A stretch of 63,188 bases of DNA, counting the filler, from Ministeria vibrans ATCC 50519 (taxonomy: Eukaryota; Protista; Filasterea), in NCBI GenBank assembly GCA_943704425.1. It is 8 parts of 8 records of this genome, joined end to end, with 100 filler letters (N's around TTAATTAATTAA, not from the genome) between each part and the next. Parts side by side here need not be neighbours in the genome. Positions count along the whole stretch, not along the records: positions 28,749 to 44,096 come from CALSCP010001515.1; 7 more parts are not named here. One strand, 5' to 3'. Each line of letters begins with the position of its first letter. Position 1 is the stretch's first letter. Shown piece by piece: positions 30,024 to 41,237 of the stretch. The notes under the pieces were generated by a model. That model was not told the origin of the DNA. It saw only the letters and a list, made by a program, of their open reading frames with translations, and did no database searches. The translations under genes were made by a program, and so were the position numbers.

Positions 30024-32606
30024 TCAGATCAAGTTGCGATATTGATTGACTGAGTCATCAAGCCCCGGCTGCGGCGTCTGACCGGGCTCGTTGAAGTAGT
30101 AGCCAAAGTACAGTGATGGGGCGTAGTAGTCCGCAAGACCATACGCTTTGAAGGACGCCCACTCCTCTACAAACAATGCTCAGTCAACAATACATTAGTA
30201 TGTATTTCCGTACGATCATAATGCGAAATGGCTTCAACCAACGCCGAATGGTTGTAAAAGGGCAGATTATGGTCGTGTGCATAGCCGTGCGCCATGACCG
30301 TCCATCCCTCGGCAATGATCGAGAAGAGATGTACTCCGTACCAGAGCGACGAGTTGAAAAAGGCGCGTGTGTCCTCATCGACAATCTTGGCGGCAATTTC
30401 CGTCTCGTACGTCTGTGCCATCTCCAGGAACATCCCAGGAGCACTCCGCTTGTTCTTCAGCAGCACTGCCGTGCCCGTGGCACTCCCAGCCGCCTCCGAA
30501 AACACACCACTGAGCTGGTGGAGCCCCCCCAGTCGGTCGTCGCGCATCGTTCCTGTCAGACAGCCCCCCTTGGCACTGCCCGCAGACGGACAGTAGTGCC
30601 CGTACAGCACCGCATCCGCCGACCGCAACGCAATCTTCCGCACTGCCCCGCAAAACGCAGTATCCTCCGTCCCAAAGTATTCATGACACCAATCCGCAAA
30701 CACGAGCGTTTCGTCGCGCGTCCCATTCTTCAAAAACCACTGCGAAATGACATACACATTCACATCGACCCACAGCTCATGCCCATGAATGTACGGACCC
30801 CACCAACCTCCGCCACGCGACCACGTCCACAGGCCCCCTAAAAAGAAATATAAGAGTGAAAGGGAGAAAATCACAAGTGGGAAAGAGAAGCAAAAAACAA
30901 AAGAATAGAAAGAGAAGAAGAAGAAGAAAGTGATAGAAGGAGAGAAGAAAGAAACAAAGTAATAAGAAGGAGAGAAGAAAGAAACAAAGTAAGAAGAATG
31001 AAACAAATAGAAATAGAGCAAGTAAGAAGAATGAAACAGATAGAAATAGAGCAGGTAATAATAAAGAAACAAATAGAAATAGAGCAAAGTAATAAGAATG
31101 AAACAGATAGAAATAGAGCAAAGTAATAAGAAAGAAACAAAGTATAGAAATACAGAAGAAAGAAACAAAGAAATGAGAAAAAAAGTGATATGAGTTTGTT
31201 TTTTGTTGAGTCGCTACGAATCTGTGGCTTGTGCACAACACTGGAAATGCCCACTTTTGGGTTCATCTCTGAGAAGCCGTTGATCACTCCGTCCATCACA
31301 TAGTCGGGATGCGCACCCTTTCCTTCATACTCTCTTTGACATTCCACCTAAAAAAGACAAGAGTGTAAGTATCATTTTCTCTTTTCTCTTAATCTCTGAT
31401 CAAATATTATGCTTCGGTTCAAATACCTCAATGATTTGCGCGTGTTTCCCTGTGCCCAACTGTTCATTGAACGATGTAGTACGAAAAAAGTCACCCGGAG
31501 TGTGTTTGATGGAGAAATAGAGAAGCGGATGGGTTTCGATGGGGTCTGAAATAGCTGCGTAGGTGCTCGCAGACGAAGCTACAAGAACGACAACGACGAC
31601 AACAACAACAACAACAGTCAATAATTTTGTCATAGGATGGACTATACGTTACTTACACCAGTTGTCCCATGAGCGAAAGAAAACCTGGCGATAGGGAAGC
31701 AAGGGACAAAAAGAATGAGATGATCAACGCCTTGTGACTTGTTCTACATCGAAGTGGAAGTAGAAACTTCCTCACCTTCTTGTTGTGGCGCACACACACA
31801 GTGTCGCGCAGAAACGAAATGAACTGGGTCCACAGCGCATTGTGTTGGCTGCTCGGCACATCCTTGGTCGGTGAATTGCCCTTGTGGTACGGCGTGTCAA
31901 ACACGTATGTCTCGCCGGTGCGCACCACAATGCCTGCAGCAGTGGGCAGCAGCGCAAACGCCTCGTCAAATTGCATCTGGTGGAACGAGAGAATAAAGAC
32001 GAGCACAACTCCCTCGACGCCTTGCCTGCATCAATTGACGTGTCTTGTTGTTGAACTGAACGTTGCCATTCGAGTCGAGGATGTCCGCCTTGAAATGCTC
32101 AATGAGGGTCGTAGGAAAGACCATCAAGTCCACAAAGTAGTACAGTGGCATCTGAAGACGGTCCGAGCGCGTCTGAAGAGCCTTCTGGCCACTTCGAAAC
32201 GCATCAAGCCATGCGCGTGATGATGAATTGGACGGGAAAAAGTCGCCAAGAGAGCTGAGAGCGGACGAGTTACATTTTGATTCGGATTCGCTGAGTTAGT
32301 GTACCCGAAACTTGCGGAGAGTGTCAGCGACAATTCGCCCGTTGGCACGCGTCCGGTGTAGTGAAGGTTCTTGGCAACAGTAGGATTGGCATACTTGGTC
32401 TGTTGCCAGCCGACAGGGTCTCCCTAAGGCGAAAGAAGGAGGAACAACAACACCATAATAACTATTATTGTTTCACTTGTGTGTGTTATTACAGGGTTGT
32501 TTTGAATCATGTCAAGCATGACCCATTCGTTGACAGTAGGATCTGCATGGCCTACAGCTGCCAGTCCACCGCCGATCAACAAAGCAAAATGAAGGCAAAA
32601 ATTCAT
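30024..32606 (-). CDS. Secreted bacterial-like protein, putative glycoside hydrolase (TIM-barrel type)
   Basis: Signal peptide MNFCLHFALLIGGGLAAVGHA; motifs MIQNNPGDP, GIVVRTGETY..DTPYHKGN, FSIKHTPGDFFRT, HAQIIEVECQREYEGKGAHPDYVMDGVING, GLWTWSRGGGWWGPYI. Recalled as an uncharacterised family common in Bacteroidota. The gene model is solid; the function is tentative. Confidence 0.65.
30925..31195. repeat. Intronic purine-rich minisatellite (GAAAGAAACAAAGTAATAAG / GAAACAGATAGAAATAGAGCAAAGT units)
   Basis: Tandem 25-36 bp degenerate units related to the dispersed GAAACAAAGTGATAG motif. Confidence 0.8.
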
Positions 32607-32723
32607 TGAAAATTCTGAATATTTTTTTCTGCGGATCAATGATTTCATTTGATAAAGGATAAGGTGATTCATTTATTTCGCATTCATCCACAACGGAATT
32701 GAGTGGACAATCGTCTGAATCGT

Positions 32724-33717
32724 TTACTGGCGAGGAAGCATCTCGTCCAGATTGGCGACGGCATAGGCAGCGACGGCCCAGGCGGCGGTGGCGACGTCCA
32801 TGTCGTGGGGGTCCATCACGGTCATGGAGTCGCCGTGGCTGTGGTGGTAGTAAAAGTAGTGCTCGTTGTGGTTACCCAGCGACGCGCCCGGCACGCCCGC
32901 ACTCATAAACGGCCCAATGTCCGTCCCTTCACCGTTGGGCAGCAGCTTGTCCGCCCCAATAGGCTTCAGCAGCGAAACAACCTCCGCCATGACACTCTTG
33001 GCCGCAGCGGGACCCGTAAACTCAATGCCCGTCGCGCCAAACTAGAATACAAAAGAAGGAGTGAGATTGACGGCGCACAGCCTCGTGCCATCCTTACCAC
33101 GCCCATGTCGCTCTCCATGACCAGCGAGTAGTTGTTCGTGTTGTTCTTCTGGCTGTCAAAGTACGCCTGTGCGCCCACTCCACCCACCTCCTCGCACGTC
33201 CACATGACAAGACGGATGGTGCGCTTAGGCCGGATGTTGAGTGCATAGAGTGTCGACAGAGCCGTCCACGAGATGAACGCACCGCCGCCGTCGTCCATGG
33301 CGCCGTTGGTCACATCCCACGAGTCAAAGTGGCCCGACACCAGAACAATCTCATCAGGCTTTTCACTCCCCACAAAGTCCGCCACAATGTTGCGCGACTC
33401 CACAGGCTCGTGGTTCTGCGCCTCCATCGACAGATGGATCTCCATCTTCTGTCCGCGCTTCTGCATTCGCGCCATCATCTGCAAAGCAACACCACAGGGG
33501 CGCCACAGAGAAGAAGGGTGTGTGTCATATGAAATATCACCGTGAACACTACAGTGTATCGTGTGCGTGTGCGTACCTCTGCATCTTCCACCGTAATGCA
33601 CGCAGTGGGAATTTTCTCGACACCCGAACCGTACGTCTATAAAAAAATATGTCAATCTGCATCCGAAAAAAAAAAAAAAACAAGAAAAAAAACAAGAAAA
33701 AAAACAAACAAACAAAG

Positions 33718-33783
<66 letters not shown>

Positions 33784-34765
33784 ACTTGCATTCCGGTGTG
33801 CGGAGAGTAAATGGAAAATGGAGTAATGGAACGGATGAGACTGGCAACAGCACCGACCTTGGCAGCGGCGGTCGCGCCCTGCGAGCGGTAAGCCACACTC
33901 ACACCATAGCTCACCCAGATCTGGTTGAACACGACAATCTTGCCCTTGGCCTCGGCCGCGCGTGCCGTGAGCTCAGTAAAGTTGTGCACCACAAGCACTT
34001 CGGCAGTGATACCCTCTTTGGGTGTACCAACGCTCGTACCCAGTGCCATCATGCCAATGTTTTGCTTGCGCGGCTGAACAAAACACACGAAGAGGGTGTG
34101 GTGTGAGCTGATGAGAGTCTATTGTGTGGGCATATACCGTCAAAAGAGTCGCGTACTCCTCACCACGCGTCCACCTAAACCCAAAAAACAAAACAACAGG
34201 ATTGAATACACCACACACTCATAACCATGTTGTGTTCTTAGTCACACAAAGACACCCATACTTATAATAAACACACACACACACTCACACATAATTATAA
34301 TACACACACATACATACACACACAGACATATCTACTTACTTGGGAACCATAGCAGGCTCGGTGTGCACGTTGGGCAGGGCCTTGTCAGCATTCTTCATGA
34401 AGGCCACTTGGTAGTCAATGGCGTCCTCCAGAAACTTCGAGCCGCACTGGCGCGGCCCCACCGTGTCTGTGGTCTCCGCCAGCCGCTCCCACGCAACCCC
34501 CTTCATCGTACCATTCACAAGAGCACTCATAATCTTGTCGGCATCGCCTACAGCGAGCACAGAGAGTCAAAAAAAACAACGTTGTGTTTTTTTTTCTTTA
34601 CTTTGCATGTCCTTCACTTGCTCGGCAATACTGCGCGCATCGACCACTACAATGCACCACAAACGATATCCATCAAACACCTCCTCGCACCCCAAACACA
34701 AAAAACGCAATCGTACGGGCAGCGCAAGAGCACAATACCGCAAGAAGAGATGTAATCTTCATCAT
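32724..34765 (-). CDS. CPQ: Carboxypeptidase Q / plasma glutamate carboxypeptidase (peptidase M28, PA domain)
   Basis: Signal peptide; AWERLA..TDTVGPRQCGS; WTRGEE; ALGTSVGTP; SIYSPHTG; VSGHFDSWDVTNGAMDDGGG; WTCEEVG; MESDMG; YFYYHHSHGDSM. Confidence 0.95.
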
Positions 34766-34813
34766 GACTAAAAAGAATGAAAAATAATTATTGATCATTA
34801 TTTGATTTGTGTA

Positions 34814-36244
34814 ATGGACTACAATCAAGCGTCCGCTGTCACCTCTCATTGGCGCTCCATTGGATCGTGGCACTATGCATTTGCCACGCTGCCTCGCGTG
34901 CTTCCCCATGAAATCCGCCTCGCGTCGTGGAAAACGCTTCCGCTGGTCGTCGCGCTCTGTCTTCAGCGGCAGGTCGAGCACCATCGTGCGCAAGTGGCGT
35001 TGGCGATCCGTTTGGAGCGTGCCGTCCATGTTGCAGCGGGCGCGCGGCGCTTGCTGGGGGACGAGTCCATCGTCAAGTCGCTGACCGAAGCACCCTCGCC
35101 GCCCCCGTCCTTCCTGGTGCGCCACTGGCTCCGTTTCACCGTGTGGGGCACCGGTATGTTTCTTGTTTTTCGCTTTGTGGTGCCTCGCGTGCCGCTACTG
35201 ACCGCCGTTGTGCGTGACTTGCGAGCAACCGCTCTGTTGTTTGTGCGCAACTACGTTGTTTCGCCGCTTTGCCAAATCTACGAGACTATTCGTCATAGCG
35301 ACAGCACTGCGCAGTCACTCGTAGGCGATCGATCGTTGGAGACGGAGCGCGAGTCGCTCACACGCATGATGGTGGACTTTTCGCAAGAGATTGGTGACAA
35401 GCACACCAACGTTGACAATCAGGCGCTGTTGGCGGCCATTGTCGCGGCCGACGTGGTCGCCGGAGACCTCTCCATGGTGAACCGTGTGGTTGAGGACGAG
35501 ATGAAGAGCCCGTTGCGCAACGCCTTCTTTGGCCACATCATTCGCTCGGTGATCATTCAAATGCAAAAGGCCAAGGTCGACGCACAGGCATCGATGGCAG
35601 CCATGGACAAACTCTTGCGCGCCAACGAACTCACGTTTGCCATGATCTCAGCTATCCCTGCGCTTTTTTCACTTTCCTACGTGTGGAATGCATGGCTTAA
35701 GTGGCTTGGGCGACGTGGGGGTGCCTCAGCCGCCTCGGCCCGTCGCTCGATGTCACTTGCCCTGCGCCATCTCGACCGCCTGCTCGTGTGGCAACGGGCA
35801 GCTCAGGCAGCGACTGTTCGCGTCACAGAAGGCGCCTCTCTTGATCACAACAGACACATTCATGTCGACGATGCACTCCTGTCGATGTCGAAAAGCAACG
35901 TGGTGCCCTTCTTTGTGGAGGGCGAGTCGCGTCTGTACCGCCACCCTACCGAAGAAGGCGAAGACGAAATTGATGATCGAGATGCATCGCATCTGCTCAC
36001 TCTCATTGGATCGTTGATCAAGTCAACATTGACACCTCCACAACAGCGCCATGTACTCTACCTGCTCGAGAGCGAAGGACGCGTGTGCGCAGCCGCCTGT
36101 GCTCTCCGCACAGCCGCGCGCGCAGCTCTGCCCACGCGCGACTGTGCACTTGTGGACGAGGATATCGCCGACTTGCTTGCCTATCCTCTCCAGATGGTTG
36201 CTGAGCGTAATGCCATTGTCCGTCGCCTCCAGACTCTCTTGTGA
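34814..36244 (+). CDS. NCA2: Nuclear control of ATPase protein 2 (NCA2/DGS1 family), intronless
   Basis: FVRNYVVSPL.QIYETIRH; SLETERESLTRMMVDF; GDLSMV...EDEMKSPLRNAFFGHIIRSVIIQMQKAKVD...AMDKLLRANELTFAMISAIPA. Confidence 0.9.
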   Translation: MDYNQASAVTSHWRSIGSWHYAFATLPRVLPHEIRLASWKTLPLVVALCLQRQVEHHRAQVALAIRLERAVHVAAGARRLLGDESIVKSLTEAPSPPPSFLVRHWLRFTVWGTGMFLVFRFVVPRVPLLTAVVRDLRATALLFVRNYVVSPLCQIYETIRHSDSTAQSLVGDRSLETERESLTRMMVDFSQEIGDKHTNVDNQALLAAIVAADVVAGDLSMVNRVVEDEMKSPLRNAFFGHIIRSVIIQMQKAKVDAQASMAAMDKLLRANELTFAMISAIPALFSLSYVWNAWLKWLGRRGGASAASARRSMSLALRHLDRLLVWQRAAQAATVRVTEGASLDHNRHIHVDDALLSMSKSNVVPFFVEGESRLYRHPTEEGEDEIDDRDASHLLTLIGSLIKSTLTPPQQRHVLYLLESEGRVCAAACALRTAARAALPTRDCALVDEDIADLLAYPLQMVAERNAIVRRLQTLL

Positions 36245-36314
36245 TGAAACGAATCATAAAACCAGTATGAATAGTAAGTACAGTGTATTAAAAATAACTA
36301 TTAATGTTGTGCAA

Positions 36315-37799
36315 TTATTCGTTGTTGAATTGACGGATTTGCGCGAGACTCTCGAGCAGCGTTGGACGAATGAGAATGAACGCGTCGAGAAACGAGAGGT
36401 GTGCGCGCTCACGTTCTGCCTGAGACACGAGAGCCGACTGAACGGGTGAGAGAGTCGCGGGGTGGGGTGTGGCTGTACGGGCGAAGAGGGTGCGTAGAGA
36501 GAGGCAGAGACGTGTGAAAAAGCGCGAAACCCGCGATGGGATGGGCGTTTGTGGGGCGGTGTGGGGCGCAGAGTGCACCTGTAGGGTGTGCGTGGGCTCT
36601 TGGAACATATCCGGGTCGAAGAGCATCTCGTGCCATTCGCGAAAGGGCAAGGGTGCATCTGATGTGCGTGTGAGGCTGATGGCAGCGCAGCGGACAATCG
36701 TGGCGCCCAAAGGTTGAGTGTAGCGCAACACAATGGCCGTGTGCTCGGCGGCCGTTAAAAATTGGCAGGACCAGCGCTCGTGAGGTGCAAGCTGTATTTC
36801 CAGTAGAGGCGTACACAGCTCGTAGGGCTGAAGAGACGCGTGGACATTGTGTTGAAAGCCTTCGTCGTCGAACTCGTTGATGAGAGCCAGCTCTAACGAG
36901 ACACCGAGTTTTTCGCGCGCCAGACACTCTTCCAGCCGACGACTAAAGCTGCGAGCTCCTCCGACCCGGCGGCCCGCCAGCAAGAGGCTGTTCTTCTTCG
37001 TATTGTTGTCTGTGTCGACCTCCGTGTCAGCTTCGTTGGACGTCGGTCGACTAACAGTAGAGAGAATGCGGCAGGCGATGCGGTCGCGATAGGCAAAGCG
37101 CTCTTGGACGAGTGGCTCACGCTCGCGGTGCTCGGGTAGCAAGAGAGGGAAAAGATACTGGGGAATGCGCACACCGTCCGTTTCGGTCAACTGTGGCATG
37201 TCACGCATGTACTTGCTGTAGCGGTCGACGCCAGAGAGCAGCTCACGGCGCGAGAGGGAGTCGGTCGGCACAGGGTGGTCGCTGTGGAACACCCGCTCGG
37301 CACAGCGACACATTCGACGCGCAGACCCAATCAAAGAATGGTAGGCTGCTGGCTGACGCCGTGTGTACGCAAACGGGGCAATGCCAGAGAGACCACACAC
37401 ACACGGCGACTTCTTCCGATGCTCGACCATGCGACAGTGACATCGCGACGATCGCTCCAGCCACTGACTCGCACGCACCATTTTTCGCAGAATCACACCC
37501 GTCTTGGCGACATTGAGTACATGCTGAATGTGGTCTTCGTCGACGAGTGTGGCAGGAGGAAAGAACTTTCGCCAGAGAAGCTGATAGTTTGGATTTGGAG
37601 CAAAAGAGGGTTGAGTGTCAAGTTTATTCACTCACAAGTGACACGAACAACACACCTTGTCAGATGCCACGCAAGACCATTGTCGGCAAACTTGTGCAAC
37701 CACTAGAAGCTCTTCAAACTGGAGCTGGCTGAAGATCTTGACGAGCAGTTCGTCGGGCAGCCAGTTTGAGGTCGGTTGAGTGGTCACAAGAGTGCACAT
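36315..37799 (-). CDS. F-box protein with uncharacterised C-terminal domain
   Basis: Exon 1 (37656-37799, absent from the ORF track) MCTLVTTQPTSNWLPDELLVKIFSQLQFEELLVVAQVCRQWSCVASDK splices in phase (GT..AG, 37581-37655) to LLWRKFF, completing a canonical F-box. Confidence 0.85.
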
Positions 37800-38141
37800 A
37801 CATACAAGACAAATTTAGTGATGAATAATAATTATTATTATTAATATGATCAATGTGTAATGATGAGGGAAACTCAGGGAATAAAACTCTAATAATTGTT
37901 TTTAAAAAGGATCAGACTTCAGAAATAATAAAAATAAGATTTTATACGTTTATATTCATAATTTTTTTTTTAAAATACATTTCCCTTTCCCTTCCCGCTT
38001 TGTATTTTCTTTGAGAAGTTCCTGCCATTTTCGTTTGTTTCTCAGTTTTCAAAAAATGGAAATGTGGGTTTTACTTCTCTCTCACTCTCTCCTTTCCGTC
38101 ACTGCTCTGCATCACACAAACTGATCTTGAGTTAATCTTCC

Positions 38142-39835
38142 CTACGCCTGTACGCCCAGCTTGTTAAGCGCACCCACACCCTGCTCGTCCCACTCCGCCT
38201 TGGACACCCAGAACGTGTCCTTATCCTAAGAACAAAGAAACACCACAAAGTGAGTAAGGCTGAGGCAAAATTGAGTCAAAGTTTAATACCTTCATAATGT
38301 CAGCGAGAACAGCGCCGCCCAGGAAGACCATGTGCTTGCGACGGGGCGGGTCCTCAATGCGAATCTTAAACCTCTCAAGACCGGCGACGTTGCCCTTGAG
38401 CACTCGGTCGAGGTACAGCTGCTTCATCTCACGCTACACACAATCACCAGTCAGCACACCTTGAAGCACTGAGCACTTAAGCAAGCACCACAAAGACATA
38501 CATACATGCATATACACAAACGCACACGCAAACACACACACATTTCCTTTTCACACACACACACTATTTTGTTTCCTTTCTCTCTATGTTGTATATTCAT
38601 ACCTCGAGACGAGAGGGCATTCCTGGGTACATGGTGGAACCACCCGAGAGGACAATGTGCTTGTAGAAGTCTGCGCGAGTGTCAATGTCGGCCGCCTGGA
38701 TGGTGTTGAACAGCATCTCGGCGCAGCCGGGCGCCTCGACGTTGATGAGATGCGGCTGGAACAGTGCCTCGGGCGCCTCAAAGCGCTCCTGACCCACACG
38801 AATCACACGGCCGTCGGGAAGCGTGTACTTCTCCACAAGCACAGTCGTGTCCAGTGCCAGTTTTTGCTCCGCCTCAATGTCGTATCTATGTAAATAACAA
38901 AATAGCGTAAGTTACGTGGCTGGGAAACAAAAGCGTCTTTTCTCTTACCCAACGTAGCAGAGCTTCTCTTTGATGTCACGGACAGTCTCAAAGTCAGCAG
39001 AGTGGTTAAACGCATAGCCACGGAGAAGCATCAGCTTAATCATGTACTACACATAAAACGCAATCAGAAGACAATCAAAAGATGCATCGCGGTGACCAAA
39101 ATAATATACCTTTGTGACATCGCGACCGGCCACATCGAGACGACGCGTGAGATGGGGCAGGGCAAAACCTTCGTACACGGGCACAATGTGCGTCACGCCG
39201 TCACCAATGTCCACCACAACACCCGTCAGAAGACCTGCAAACAGCAACGGTGCCTTGAGTACAATAATACTTTCATACAATGATTATACTATTGCGTCGT
39301 TTTACCTTGGGCGTAGAGTGTGAGCACCGCCTGAATGGCAAAGTAGGCGCCGGCAAAGCCATACTTCTCAAACATGACCTCAGCCATGCGTTCTCGGTTC
39401 TTCTTTGGGTTTTGCGGCGGCTCTGTCAACAGGATTTTCGTTGTCGTCGGGTCAATCTGGAGAACAAAGAGCCGAGTAAGAAATAAAATCACAATTTAGT
39501 ATGACATAGGCTTGATTCTTACGCCAAGTTTCTCCTGGAATGTGTAGTCCCAGACAATGTTCATGTCGTCCCAGTTGCGCACAATTCCGTTGTCCATAGG
39601 GTAGTTGATCTCGAGCATCTGGCGCACCTTGGCAGCCTCATCTCCAACCATAATGTCCTGATACAACCACAACGAATGAGAAACCTTGGGTGATGCACAG
39701 TTCCTCTCCCTCTGCTCACCTTCACTGTAACACCCTCTACTTGCTCCTCGGAACGCAGAATAGGTCGCCCGACCATGGAGGGGAAAATGTGTGCTGGGAA
39801 GTTTGAGCCGGCAAAGCCACACTTGACAAACTATA

Positions 39836-39927
<92 letters not shown>

Positions 39928-40796
39928 TGAGCTGATGAATGGTCCCAAAACAGTTTCGGGTTTTTCGCACACACACACACAATGAACGCGACGAAAAAAG
40001 AGAGAGAACGTGCGACGGCAAAACACCAAACAGCCACGGCAGAGAGCGGCGACGGAGGCAGCTGTGGGAGAGGGTTTTTTCCTGGAGGAGTTGTGTGTTG
40101 GTCTTTTTCGTACACGTCCCACAGCGGCGTCTATGGCGCACCAGGGAGACGGGATCCTCCGCGAATCAACAGAAACGTGGACACGTGGCGTAACACAACA
40201 GCGAGTGGCGCGCGCAATGCGACAGGTCACGCTGAAAACAGTGACTGTTGAAAAAAAAAAAAAAAAACGAAATATGGAAAAAAAAAAATTGTCGTTTTGC
40301 TGACAATCGGGATTGTTTGAAGGACGGGGTTGGAGGATAGAGGGTAGAAGGGTCGAAGCACAGGGTTGGGTTTGGCGGGGAGGGGCGGAGCGAGACGGGA
40401 GGAAAGGGAGCGCAGAGAGCCAAAGGGACACAGACCGAATGCGACGCAGCGAGCACGGCGACGGGCACGGCGACCGCGGCGGGGTGGGCCCCCGAAGTGT
40501 CCGCGGCGGGCCAGAGGGAAGGGCGCCCGCGACGACGCGCGCCTTCCGCTGGATGGCTCATTTCTTGAAAAAAAAACCCCATCCCTTCATTTGCTGAGTC
40601 CGCTAAGCCAATGGCACACGGCAGAAGCCCACAAAGAGACCATGATAGTCGAAGGGGCGCAGGTGCGAGGAAGATGCGGCGAAGGGAGCGGCCAGTTGGA
40701 GGGAGAGAGAAGAGCGACGAGAGCGACACAGCGCAGGATACTCACCCCCGTGCCATTGTCGCAGACAATGACTTTGTTGCCTTGAGCGTCCGTCAT
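38142..40796 (-). CDS. ACTR2: Actin-related protein 2 (Arp2/3 complex)
   Basis: [17 protein letters not shown]|[26 protein letters not shown]; DIMVGDEA; [18 protein letters not shown]; [12 protein letters not shown]; [17 protein letters not shown]; [19 protein letters not shown]. Confidence 0.97.
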
Positions 40797-40902
40797 TATG
40801 ATAAAAAGAGAAGAAAATTGTACAAATCACAAATGAGTATTGACTATTGATCATAATAATTTTATGGAAAATTGACTTTTTCATATTAATTTTATTGCAA
40901 CT

Positions 40903-41183
40903 ATGCTGTTTCAGGCGGTCTACGGGCCGCTCTTCCGAGCCTTCAGCAGGTCGGTGACGCCAGCAGGAATTCTGATCCAGGACTCGCTCGACGAGGCCGG
41001 ACTGGAGACGCCTCGCGTTGCGCACATCGAAGTCGCCTGGCTCATCGGCGTCGCGCTCTTTTTCCTGCGCTACGTCATCGAATGGTATGCCGAACGCTGC
41101 TGCTGCTGCTGCTGCATGTGATGCACGCAATGGCGAGCCATCGTTGAGACACGAGAAAAAAAAACGCTGACTCGCTCTATCTA

Positions 41184-41237
<54 letters not shown>

